From: Candidatus Aenigmatarchaeota archaeon | GTDB lineage: Archaea > Aenigmatarchaeota > Aenigmatarchaeia > QMZP01 | Length of the DNA stretch: 64,000 nucleotides | Assembly: GCA_043824495.1 (NCBI GenBank) | Contig: JBDRSV010000015.1 | Span: 32,979-96,978 of the forward strand | Direction: 5' to 3' | Part shown: positions 19,251 to 28,336 of the stretch, in pieces | Position numbering within the stretch: the first letter of the stretch is position 1 | Layout: every line of letters begins with the position of its first letter | The notes under the pieces: model-generated | What the model was told of the DNA's origin: nothing | Seen by the model: the letters and a program-made list of their open reading frames with translations, nothing else | Databases searched by the model: none | Program-made: the position numbers and the translations under genes

Positions 19251-20039
19251 ATGGACGATGTACAAATCGCTATAATTGGCGGAACTGGGGTTTATGATCC
19301 AGATATTCTAGAGGATAAGAAAGAGATAAACGTAGAAACACCTTTCGGTTCTATATCAGCTCCTATAATAGTAGGAAATTATGAAAACAGGAAAATAGCT
19401 ATACTCCTTAGACATGGTCCTGGACATAAGATAGCTCCTCACAATATCAATTATAGGGCAAACATTTATGCGCTCAAGCAACTAGGAGTCACACACATAA
19501 TTTCACCATCGGCTGTAGGTTCTCTCCAAGAAGATTATCATCCTGGAGAACTAGTATTCGTAGATCAGTTTATAGATAGAACCCATTCAAGACATTCCAC
19601 TTTCTATGATAAAGACAAAGTATGTCACATCTCGGTAGCTGATCCGGTTTGTCCTGATATGAGAAATATAGGAATAGAATCAGCCGAAGAACTAGGATTG
19701 AAACACCACAAAACAGGTACATATGTGTGTATACAAGGTCCTAGATTTTCTACAAGAGCTGAATCCTTGCTTTTCAAGAGCTGGAATGGGCATGTGATAG
19801 GCATGACAATGGTTCCTGAAGCGGTTCTAGCTAGAGAAGCTGAAATCTGCTATATGAATATAGCCACAGTAACCGACTATGATAGTTTCAAAGAGGAAGC
19901 AGTAAGTTTATCTGATGTATTAGAAATCATGAAGGAAAACACAGAGAATGTGAAGAATCTAATCAAAAATCTAATACCAAAACTCTCAGAAGAAAGAAGC
20001 TGTGCCTGTAGCAAAGCTTTGAATAATGCTTTAATATGA
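19251..20039 (+). CDS. mtnP: S-methyl-5'-thioadenosine phosphorylase
   Basis: IAIIGGTG, RHG, GPRFSTRAES, IGMTMVPE and TDYD motifs. Confidence 0.92.
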   Translation: MDDVQIAIIGGTGVYDPDILEDKKEINVETPFGSISAPIIVGNYENRKIAILLRHGPGHKIAPHNINYRANIYALKQLGVTHIISPSAVGSLQEDYHPGELVFVDQFIDRTHSRHSTFYDKDKVCHISVADPVCPDMRNIGIESAEELGLKHHKTGTYVCIQGPRFSTRAESLLFKSWNGHVIGMTMVPEAVLAREAEICYMNIATVTDYDSFKEEAVSLSDVLEIMKENTENVKNLIKNLIPKLSEERSCACSKALNNALI

Positions 20040-20042
20040 AAT

Positions 20043-20319
20043 AGCAGAGACACGCCTTCAGTGGAAGGTAACCAAATAGAACAGTTAACCAAATTCTATC
20101 CTCCACTCTGCGGACCCCATAAACATTATTTCCACAACTTAGAGCTGCTCCCGTCAAGGTCTGACTCGATTCATTACGTAAACAATCCTATGGGACAGAG
20201 CTTCGCAGTCAAGAACCCGGGCCATTCTATCCAATTACAATCGCCTTCGGGCTTCGACTCCACCATAATGGCGATTTGTGGTAACAGGGAACGCCAAACT
20301 CCCCAGCCTAGTCTCTGCT
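20043..20319 (-). ncRNA. ffs: Archaeal signal recognition particle RNA (7S RNA)
   Basis: Terminal helix AGCAGAGAC/GTCTCTGCT; archaeal Alu-type 5' region CTAGGCTGGGGAGTTTGGCGTTCCCTGTTACC; helix 8 GAGTCAGACCT-TGAC-GGGAGCAGCTC at 20167-20142; about 280 nt. Confidence 0.9.
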
Positions 20320-20451
20320 GGTTTTATTATCATTTGGGTATTTAAAAGTATAATTTATGCTCGAATAAGAACTATAGAGATAAGTTATGCAAAATTGAAA
20401 AATAAAAGAATAAGTAAAAAAAGTGAAAAATTTAATTTCTGTCCCGTGAGC

Positions 20452-20799
20452 TTAAACTTTAGATGCTAAGTTATAAACTGCCTTCAAAGCCACTATTAAA
20501 GCTGCAGGAGCAACAAATGCTGCGATATTTTCTACGATGAATGATAGCCAGATTCCAATTGTTGGTATTACTGCAAGATTTGCAGTTCCAACTGCCATTA
20601 AGGCAATTGCTGCTATTAAGAAACCTGACATTTCTTTATCACCGATGTTTAAGAATCCTACGATTAACCCTAGGATTACCAGTACTAATGTGATATATCC
20701 AGCTGACGTTGCGTCTAATGTCCCTGCTAATAGGCCGGCTAAAATGGCTATAACTACACCCAATATGAAAGCCCAACTTCCAATTCTTTGATTATCCAT
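20452..20799 (-). CDS. Small 4-TM membrane protein
   Basis: Four hydrophobic helices; SD AAGGTGA upstream. Confidence 0.75.
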   Translation of the reverse strand: MDNQRIGSWAFILGVVIAILAGLLAGTLDATSAGYITLVLVILGLIVGFLNIGDKEMSGFLIAAIALMAVGTANLAVIPTIGIWLSFIVENIAAFVAPAALIVALKAVYNLASKV

Positions 20800-20854
20800 T
20801 TGACGTCACCTTGTTTTTATATATTATACACGCAGTCGCATATAAGTTTTCATC

Positions 20855-20885
20855 GACAATAAACGTATTTTCACCGTTTATTGTC
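20855..20885. promoter_or_regulatory. Perfect 11-bp inverted repeat upstream of the promoter of 20452-20799 (candidate operator)
   Basis: GACAATAAACG-N9-CGTTTATTGTC. Confidence 0.45.
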
Positions 20886-20962
20886 ACTATTTGTCATTAC
20901 TACATAACAGTTCTATATAAAGATTTGGGTCACCTTTATATGCCAGTGAAACAGCCATGCTG

Positions 20963-21796
20963 CTACACATAAGTCTCTATAAAGGCTCCTAGAACTATTA
21001 GTCCAATCGCGAGCATGAATATTTTTAAACTCTCAAAAGCGACCATACGCAACACATATGGCTTATTTTTTCTAATTATGGCAGCTGAGAGTAAGCCGCC
21101 TGATAGCGATGCCGCTATGTAGCCTGCAATCTCTGGTATACCATGTGGAAGGAAGGCGAGGCCTATGATAGGTACTTCCCACAAAACTTTCGATAGTTGT
21201 CCTATGTAAACTCCTAAAACCGACGCGTTCCACGCTATAATAAACACGGATCCAGCTCCGAATATGAATGAAAAAATGAAAGCGAATACAAGAACTTGTA
21301 GATTGTTCATTAATACTCGATTGAAGAAATTGGCTTCATTTATTGCATACCCTTCCAAAGTAGAAGGTCCTATCTCCAAACCAGTTATAGCTCCTCTCAC
21401 ATCACTTATCTTTAGTGATTGGATCTGGAAGAAATTCTCAGGGAGAACCATTGACCATAGAGCAAAGGCAAGAGTTAGTCCAGCAAAGAATAACAATAAT
21501 ATGTATATATTCTGTTCATGTCTATGCCAGAATGATTTCTTGTATTTCTTTTCTATCTCCTTCTCCTCGAAAGCTTCTTCTCTCTTAATCATGAGAGTTA
21601 TGAAGTAAACAGAAGGTATTATAGTAAATAATACAGCAAAGAATCCACCTAAACTGAAGCTAGTCCCAGCAACATCTACTGAATAAGCAACTTGTGTGCT
21701 CACTAGTATGGCAATACTACACACAACAATAGACCATATGAACATTATGTATGGTTTTCGATGTATTTCATCAAAATTGATGAGTGATTCGAGCAT
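20963..21796 (-). CDS. SpoIIM/DUF95-like membrane protein
   Basis: NNLQV...IIAWNASVLG and LPHGIPEIAGY motifs. Confidence 0.8.
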   Translation of the reverse strand: MLESLINFDEIHRKPYIMFIWSIVVCSIAILVSTQVAYSVDVAGTSFSLGGFFAVLFTIIPSVYFITLMIKREEAFEEKEIEKKYKKSFWHRHEQNIYILLLFFAGLTLAFALWSMVLPENFFQIQSLKISDVRGAITGLEIGPSTLEGYAINEANFFNRVLMNNLQVLVFAFIFSFIFGAGSVFIIAWNASVLGVYIGQLSKVLWEVPIIGLAFLPHGIPEIAGYIAASLSGGLLSAAIIRKNKPYVLRMVAFESLKIFMLAIGLIVLGAFIETYV

Positions 21797-21863
21797 AATA
21801 TAGTATTGTTTCAGCCTGGTTAAATAGAATTATGAATATAAAATATGAAATCAAGTCTTTACA

Positions 21864-22445
21864 ATGACAAGAGTTTTTATAATTCATGGGTGGGGAGGAC
21901 ACCCAGAAAAAGAATGGTTTTTCTGGCTTAAGCAAAAACTAGAACCTAAAGGAATTGAGGTTCATGTCCTAAAAATGCCGAATACAGACGAACCTACTAT
22001 AGAGGAATGGGTTTCTTTTCTAAGAGAACAGGTAGGAGAACCAGATAAAAACACATACTTTGTGGGCCATTCCATAGGATGTCAAACAATTATTAGATAC
22101 TTAGAAGCACTCCCAGAAGATGCAAAAGTTGGAGGGGCTGTTTTTGTTAGTGGATGGTTCACTCTCAAACCAATAATAAAGGAGGAAGAAGGCGCAGAAG
22201 AAATTGCAGAACCTTGGATAAAAACTCCTATTTCATGGAACAAAGTCAGAATACATACAAAAAACTTTACAGCTTTTTTCTCAGACAATGATTATTATGT
22301 CCCTGTAGAAAATTCAGAAATCTTCAAAGAAAATCTCGGAGCAAAAATAATTGTAGAAAAAAACAAAGGACATTTCTCAGAAGAGGATGGCATCAAGCAA
22401 GTTCCATATGTTTTAGATGAGTTATTAAAAATAATAAAAAAATAA
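21864..22445 (+). CDS. RBBP9/YdeN alpha/beta hydrolase
   Basis: IIHGWGG, nucleophile elbow GHSIG, SDNDYYV and GHF. Confidence 0.88.
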   Translation: MTRVFIIHGWGGHPEKEWFFWLKQKLEPKGIEVHVLKMPNTDEPTIEEWVSFLREQVGEPDKNTYFVGHSIGCQTIIRYLEALPEDAKVGGAVFVSGWFTLKPIIKEEEGAEEIAEPWIKTPISWNKVRIHTKNFTAFFSDNDYYVPVENSEIFKENLGAKIIVEKNKGHFSEEDGIKQVPYVLDELLKIIKK

Positions 22446-22522
22446 TTTTTTTCAAAACAAAATATTACACATGTATTTAAGAGCGTGTTAAACTATATAT
22501 TACTAAAGTGACGGTTGGTCCT

Positions 22523-24994
22523 ATGGTAAAAATAGAAAAAATTGTTATTCAAGGATTCAAGTCTTTCAAGAGAAAGACATCCATACCTTTTTCTGATGGC
22601 TTTTCTGTTGTAACTGGTCCAAATGGTTCAGGAAAGACAAATGTGAGCGATGCTATCTGCTTTGTTATTGGTAAATCCTCATCTAGAGCTCTTAGAGCAA
22701 AGAAAACTCATAATTTAATTTTCCATGGAAGTAAGAAAAAAGAAGGGTCTGATCATGCAAGTGTTACTATTTACTTTGATAATTCTGATAAGACTGTCCC
22801 AATAAATGAAAAAACCGTATCTATTGGGAGAAGGATAAACAAGAATGGTGTAAGCACATACAGATTGAATGGAAAAGTTGTAACAAGACAGCAAATAATT
22901 GATGTGTTCTCCCAAGCTGGTGTACATCCTGATGGACAAAATATAATTCAACAAGGTGATGTTACACAAGTTGTGGAGATGGATTCACAACAAAGAAGAA
23001 GTATAATAGATGATATTGCAGGTATCACAGAATATGATGACAAGAAAAATAAAGCAGAAAAAGAGCTAAATAAAATAGGAGAAAAAGTAAAAGAAGCTGA
23101 AATTGTTCTTCATGAAAGAGAAACAATATTAGAGAGATTACAAAGAGATAGAGACTCAGCTGTGCAATATAAGAATCTGGAAACAGAACTAAACAACCTA
23201 AGAGCAGCCTTGTTATGGAAGAGTTATTCTGACACTGAAAGCGGATTGAAGAAAATAGAAAATGATATACAAGAAAAAACAAAAGAATCTGATCTCTTGG
23301 AAAAAGAAATCAAAGATCATGACTCTAAACTCGAGCTAGAGGAAAAGGCTTTAGAAGAACTTACAAAGGATGTTATTCAAGCATCAGGTCAGATAGAAGT
23401 CACGAAGAGTATAGCTAGATTACAAGGTGAAATTGATTCCAAAAAATCAAGAATAGAATCATCCAAAAGAGAAATAGAAAGACTCGGTATGATGGTTGAC
23501 AAGCTAAAAAGTATGGACAGAAGAGTACATCCTGAGTTTAAACAGCTACTAAGTTTTGATGGTGTTAAAGGATTCTTGTCTGATTTACTGGACATTCCAA
23601 GTAAATATAATACAGCTGTGGATGTAGCAGCTGGTTCTCATATGAGAGATGTGGTTGTTGATAGTACAACAACTGCTGTGAAGTGTGTAAAATATTTGAA
23701 GGAAAATAGAATAGGAAGATCTAGATTCTTACCAATGGACAAGATTAGACCATATCCAAAGAAACCATTACCAACAGGATCTTTGGGATGGTTATCAGAA
23801 TTAGTTCATCACGAACCTGCTTATAATGAAATAGTAGAATATGTTCTTGGATCAACTGCTTGCGTGAAAGACATAGATAAAGCAAAAGATATAGCAAGAA
23901 AAACAAGAGTGAGAATGGTCACTTTAGATGGAGATTTAATGGAAGCTTCCGGTGCAATTACTGGTGGATTCCTCAGAAAGAAAAACAGCGGACCAGATGC
24001 AGATTTAACCAAATACATGAGTGATAGAAAATCTTTAGCTTCAAATATAGGACAACTAGAAGCAGAAGTATTACAATTAAATAGACAACTAAATATCTAT
24101 GCATCAAAGGAGAAAAAGACAGACACAGCAAGCATAGAAAGAAGCAGAGTGAAATTCGATGAGAATGTAAAAAAGGTAAGAGAAGCAAGGAAAGATGCTT
24201 ACGAAAGAAGATTAGTTTTACAGCAAGAAATTGGCAAATTAAACATAAAGAGAGCAAGATTGGAAGCCGATTTTGATAATTACAAAGTTCAAATAAATCC
24301 TGATGACGAACAAAAAGTTGCAGAAGAACTAGAAAAAATGAGCGTTCATGTAATCAAAGGAAAACAAAGAGAAGTAATAGAACAAATAGAAGCTCTAGGT
24401 CCTGTCAACATGAAAGCTATAAGCGAATTTGATTTGATCAGAAATGAGTTTGTCGAATTCAAGGAGAAAGTTGACAAGATAGTTTCTGAAAAGAATTCTA
24501 TTGAAGAAACAATATCTCAGATAGAAGGTAAGAAGAAAGTAGTCTTCGATAAAACATTGAATGAGATTTCAAAACACTTCAGAACAATTTATAAAGAATT
24601 GACACAGGGTGAGGCTGATATTGCTTTGGAAGATCCTAATAGTTTGGATTCAGGGTTACAAATCAAGGCATCTCCTCTAGGAAAGAGTTTACTTAGCATA
24701 GATTCAATGTCTGGTGGAGAGAAAACTCTCACAGCATTTGCTTTCTTATTTGCCATACAGAATCATAAACCAAAACCATTCTATATATTAGATGAAGCTG
24801 ATGCTGCTCTGGACAAGACAAATACCAAGAGAATAGTAGAGTTAATCAAGAGACACACAAAACAAGCACAGTTCATAGTAATTTCTCACAATGATGCTCT
24901 TGTGAAAGAAGCAGATCAAGTTTATGGAGTTTCAATGGATGATGGAGAATCCAAGGTTATGGGTTTGAAACTCCCAGAAATTCCAACTAATTAA
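22523..24994 (+). CDS. smc: SMC family ATPase with hinge and short coiled-coil arms
   Basis: Walker A GPNGSGKT, hinge (AVDVAAG...GRSRFLPMDKI...GAITGG), signature MSGGE and Walker B ILDEADAALD; about 823 aa. Confidence 0.88.
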   Translation: MVKIEKIVIQGFKSFKRKTSIPFSDGFSVVTGPNGSGKTNVSDAICFVIGKSSSRALRAKKTHNLIFHGSKKKEGSDHASVTIYFDNSDKTVPINEKTVSIGRRINKNGVSTYRLNGKVVTRQQIIDVFSQAGVHPDGQNIIQQGDVTQVVEMDSQQRRSIIDDIAGITEYDDKKNKAEKELNKIGEKVKEAEIVLHERETILERLQRDRDSAVQYKNLETELNNLRAALLWKSYSDTESGLKKIENDIQEKTKESDLLEKEIKDHDSKLELEEKALEELTKDVIQASGQIEVTKSIARLQGEIDSKKSRIESSKREIERLGMMVDKLKSMDRRVHPEFKQLLSFDGVKGFLSDLLDIPSKYNTAVDVAAGSHMRDVVVDSTTTAVKCVKYLKENRIGRSRFLPMDKIRPYPKKPLPTGSLGWLSELVHHEPAYNEIVEYVLGSTACVKDIDKAKDIARKTRVRMVTLDGDLMEASGAITGGFLRKKNSGPDADLTKYMSDRKSLASNIGQLEAEVLQLNRQLNIYASKEKKTDTASIERSRVKFDENVKKVREARKDAYERRLVLQQEIGKLNIKRARLEADFDNYKVQINPDDEQKVAEELEKMSVHVIKGKQREVIEQIEALGPVNMKAISEFDLIRNEFVEFKEKVDKIVSEKNSIEETISQIEGKKKVVFDKTLNEISKHFRTIYKELTQGEADIALEDPNSLDSGLQIKASPLGKSLLSIDSMSGGEKTLTAFAFLFAIQNHKPKPFYILDEADAALDKTNTKRIVELIKRHTKQAQFIVISHNDALVKEADQVYGVSMDDGESKVMGLKLPEIPTN

Positions 24995-25062
24995 AAATCT
25001 TTTTATTAATAAAAAAACTTTAAATAGTGTTCAGAACAATAGGCTCTAGTAAGGTGAGACTG

Positions 25063-25564
25063 ATGGAAGATTATCCGCCCCCGGAATTGGAGAACAGGTA
25101 TGTTCTTGTCACGCAGAAGTTCAGAGAGTGGAACAAGGTCCTCTTTAGTCTCAAGAATATCAAACAGTAAACCAGATAGATTTTCTTTAGATGATGTTGC
25201 ACAACAAATAGTTGGTGCTTTCTTGTTTGCAGCTCCTTTCTCAGTCACAGAAGAAGTTTGGAACCTAGCTAATTCCTTAGATCCTCTGAGACTAGGAGTA
25301 ATAATTTTCGCCATGATTTTCGTCTCTACCCTTATCATCTTCTATACAAAGTTCCAAAGAATAGCTAGAGAGAATATAGGACACACTAGCGTTCCAAAAA
25401 GACTAGTTTCAGTCATTCTAGTTGCATATATTGTAGTTACTTCGCTTCTCTGGATGTTTGGAGTTATAGGACAAATAACTGATCCAGTGTGGATAATAAA
25501 ATTAGTTATATTCATATCGTTCTTCTCATCTATAGGAGCATCAGCAGCTGATATAATCAAGTAA
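25063..25564 (+). CDS. DUF2391-like membrane protein, apparently split by a +1 frameshift near 25168
   Basis: SD AAGGTGA precedes ATG 25063 (MEDYPPPE...KNIKQ, stop 25168-25170). The conserved part (FSLDDVAQQIVGA...TEEVW) lies in the +1 frame ending at 25564. Confidence 0.55.
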
Positions 25565-25607
25565 ATTGGGATATCTTTTAAAAACATATAACTTATTATC
25601 TTATCAG

Positions 25608-27092
25608 ATGAATATGGACAAATTCGAGCCTTTGTATACAGCTAGATCAACCTCAAGTAACAAAATGCTTCTAGGAACACACAAAAATATAGGAATTGTT
25701 ACTCTGTGGACCAAGGTAGCTGATGTAGCAAAGAAAGTTGACCCATCAAAATATGCTATAATGGGCCAATTCTTCTCAGCTGAGCGAGGCTTAGATTTAA
25801 TTGTTAGAAACCTTCTTGCAAATCCTGATATCACAAATCTAGTAATTACAGGAACAGATTTCTCTAATTCAGGTCAAGTCATGAAAGACTTCTTTGAAAA
25901 TGGTTTCGTAGAAGGGAAGACAGATCTAACAGAAAAAACTGTTTGGAGAGTTAAGAGTGAATATCCTGGATATATAGAAAAGGATATACCTGAAATAGTG
26001 TTGAATCATATAAGAGATACAATTGTTGTCACAAGAATAGATGACATGACTAATTTTGACCCTGAGAAGCTAGAAAAACCAGATAAGAAAAGAGAGAAGC
26101 AAATCTTCCTAAAGAAAGAAGAACTAGAAGAAAATACATTCGTAGGTGAAGATGTTGGTTATGTTGTAAGAGGAAAGAGGGTCGCAGATACATGGTTAAA
26201 AACATTAGATACTATCATGAAATTTGGTCATAAAGACGAGAAGGACAAAAAAGAAGTGATTGACTTAATTTCTATAATCTCAGAAGAAGATCCTGAGGAT
26301 TTTCATATTCCTGAATATCTCCCACTAAATAGGAAACAGGTAACGGATTATATACCACAAATAACAGAAAATGAGAGGATAAGAAGTAAATTCGGAAAGG
26401 ATCAGATAAAAGAAGTTGTGGATAAGCTGACAAAAGACACAACATCAAAATCAGCTGTAATCAGCTTGTGGGATGTTGCTGATTCAGATGGTCCTGGAAT
26501 AAATCATATTTGGCTAAGAATAAGAGACAATAAACTCTACATGACAGCAACCATAAGAAGTTCTGACATGTTTGAAGAATATCCGGGTAATGCTTTTGCT
26601 CTACGTGCTTTACAGAATATCATAAGAAAAGAAATTCAAGAAAAAATAAGTAAAGAAATACAACTAGGAGAACTTGTAATAAACTCACAGTCTGCACATA
26701 TCTACAAAGATTGCTGGCAAGCTTCTCAAGATTTGACTATAAGATATCTACCAAGACATATAGCAGGTCAATCAAATGCAGCTCTTTACCAGGATCCTAG
26801 GGGAAGTTTCATAGTTAAAATAAAAGATGGAGAACTACACGTAGATCACCTATCAACAGGAAATGAATTAATAGGACAATACAAAGCTAAAACACCAGGA
26901 AAGCTTATAGAAAGACTAGCTCAAGCTGGTGTATTCTCTATTCCAGGGCATGCTCTAGATATAGGACATGAAATTGCAAAAGCAGAAATAGCTATGCAGT
27001 TAGGTATAGATTTTGTCCAAGAAGTTCCTCTCGATCTCACACAAATAAATGAAAAAACATTAGAAAGAGTGAGAGACAAAAAAGACATTTAA
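25608..27092 (+). CDS. Fusion of MtrA-like N-domain, thymidylate-synthase-like domain and DUF4346-like C-domain; TS catalytic Cys absent
   Basis: N-terminus IGIVTLWT...GLDLIVRNLLANPDI; TS motifs SLWD, RSSD, PGN and SAHIY; C-terminus QDPRGSF...HALDIGHEIAKAE. Confidence 0.75.
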   Translation: MNMDKFEPLYTARSTSSNKMLLGTHKNIGIVTLWTKVADVAKKVDPSKYAIMGQFFSAERGLDLIVRNLLANPDITNLVITGTDFSNSGQVMKDFFENGFVEGKTDLTEKTVWRVKSEYPGYIEKDIPEIVLNHIRDTIVVTRIDDMTNFDPEKLEKPDKKREKQIFLKKEELEENTFVGEDVGYVVRGKRVADTWLKTLDTIMKFGHKDEKDKKEVIDLISIISEEDPEDFHIPEYLPLNRKQVTDYIPQITENERIRSKFGKDQIKEVVDKLTKDTTSKSAVISLWDVADSDGPGINHIWLRIRDNKLYMTATIRSSDMFEEYPGNAFALRALQNIIRKEIQEKISKEIQLGELVINSQSAHIYKDCWQASQDLTIRYLPRHIAGQSNAALYQDPRGSFIVKIKDGELHVDHLSTGNELIGQYKAKTPGKLIERLAQAGVFSIPGHALDIGHEIAKAEIAMQLGIDFVQEVPLDLTQINEKTLERVRDKKDI

Positions 27093-27117
27093 ATCTTAAA
27101 TCAAAACGTCTTCTAAT

Positions 27118-27681
27118 ATGATTTTACCTGACCACGAGATAAGAGAGTACATAAAACAAGGAAAAATAGTTGTTGATCCTTTAGAAAATCCAGATTTACA
27201 GATACAACCAGCTGGAGTTGACTTAAGACTAGGAAATGAATTTAGAGTCTTCAAGACAGGTTCTATTCCTTTCATAGACACAAGAAAGAAGACAGAAAAC
27301 TACACAGATATTGTGAAAATAGAGAATGACAGACCATTTATTGTTCATCCAGGAGAATTTATTCTAGGAACTGTGAAAGAATACATCAAGATATCAAATG
27401 ATCTTGTAGGTTCTTTGGATGGAAGATCTAGCCTGGGAAGACTAGGAATAGCTGTTCATACAACATCTGCATCCATAAACCCAGGGTGGGAAGGTATTCT
27501 TGTTCTAGAGATATCAAATGTGGGTAGAATGCCTGTTGCTATTTACCCTGGCATGAGAATAGCCAAATTAACCTTCAATAAACTCTCTTCTCCTGCAGAA
27601 AGAGACTATAGTATGAGAGAAGGCACCAAATACCAGAAACAAGACGGCGTAACAGAGACTAAAGTCTACGAAGAGGAATAA
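27118..27681 (+). CDS. dcd: dCTP deaminase
   Basis: IQPAGVDLRLG, GRSSLGRLG, INPGWEG, LEISN and KYQKQ motifs. Confidence 0.93.
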   Translation: MILPDHEIREYIKQGKIVVDPLENPDLQIQPAGVDLRLGNEFRVFKTGSIPFIDTRKKTENYTDIVKIENDRPFIVHPGEFILGTVKEYIKISNDLVGSLDGRSSLGRLGIAVHTTSASINPGWEGILVLEISNVGRMPVAIYPGMRIAKLTFNKLSSPAERDYSMREGTKYQKQDGVTETKVYEEE

Positions 27682-27742
27682 TTATATATTTAAATACTCT
27701 AAATCAACTAATAGTTCATAACGTAAACACTTAGGTGATTAT

Positions 27743-28264
27743 ATGGGAGGACTCAGACCAGCAAGATGTTATAGAAAATTGGAAAGACCTAATACTAGGA
27801 CTAGCATGAGAAAACCTAGAAAAAGCTATGTAAAGGGTGTTCCAGATCCTAAAATTCACAGGTTTGAATCAGGAAACAGAACAAGAAAATTCACGAAAAA
27901 AATGTACTTAGCTGTGAATAATGGAGTTCAAATAAGAAATAATGCTTTAGAAGCTATGAGAGTAGCTGCTAACAAAGTCTTAAATGAAGCTTTCGGAACA
28001 GAAAACTACTTCATGAAGATTCTTATTTATCCTCATCACGTAATGAGAGAAAACCCACTGGCTACAGGTGCTGGTGCAGACAGGTTCCAGACAGGCATGA
28101 GAAAATCATTTGGTAAGCCAATAGGCTTAGCAGCAAGAGTAAAGCCTTCTCAGAATGTTCTTTTAGTAAAATACGACGATGTTACAAAAGAAACAGCAAT
28201 TAAGAGAGCTTTGAAGCTTGCAAGCACTAAGTTGCCATCAAGCTGCAAAATAGTTGCTGGTTAA
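27743..28264 (+). CDS. rpl10e: 50S ribosomal protein uL16 (L10e)
   Basis: LRPARCYR, YPHHVMREN and GAGADRFQTGMRKSFGKP. Confidence 0.95.
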   Translation: MGGLRPARCYRKLERPNTRTSMRKPRKSYVKGVPDPKIHRFESGNRTRKFTKKMYLAVNNGVQIRNNALEAMRVAANKVLNEAFGTENYFMKILIYPHHVMRENPLATGAGADRFQTGMRKSFGKPIGLAARVKPSQNVLLVKYDDVTKETAIKRALKLASTKLPSSCKIVAG

Positions 28265-28268
28265 ATCC

Positions 28269-28278
28269 CTCCCGGGGC
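28269..28278 (+). repeat. att-like core, copy 1 (CTCCCGGGGC)
   Basis: Exact 10-mer starting 5 nt after the uL16 stop. Confidence 0.7.
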
Positions 28279-28336
28279 GTTATTCAATTTGAGCAAAAGC
28301 GTAGACTTATAAATACTCAGGGCAATTACTAATTAT

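Noticed and set aside
28255-28282. GGTTAAATCCCTCCCGGGGCG resembles a tRNA T-arm plus acceptor 3' end
   Set aside because: The T-loop lacks the C of TTC, the upstream sequence is uL16 coding DNA, and no 5' half exists at any of the three repeat copies; not called a tRNA.
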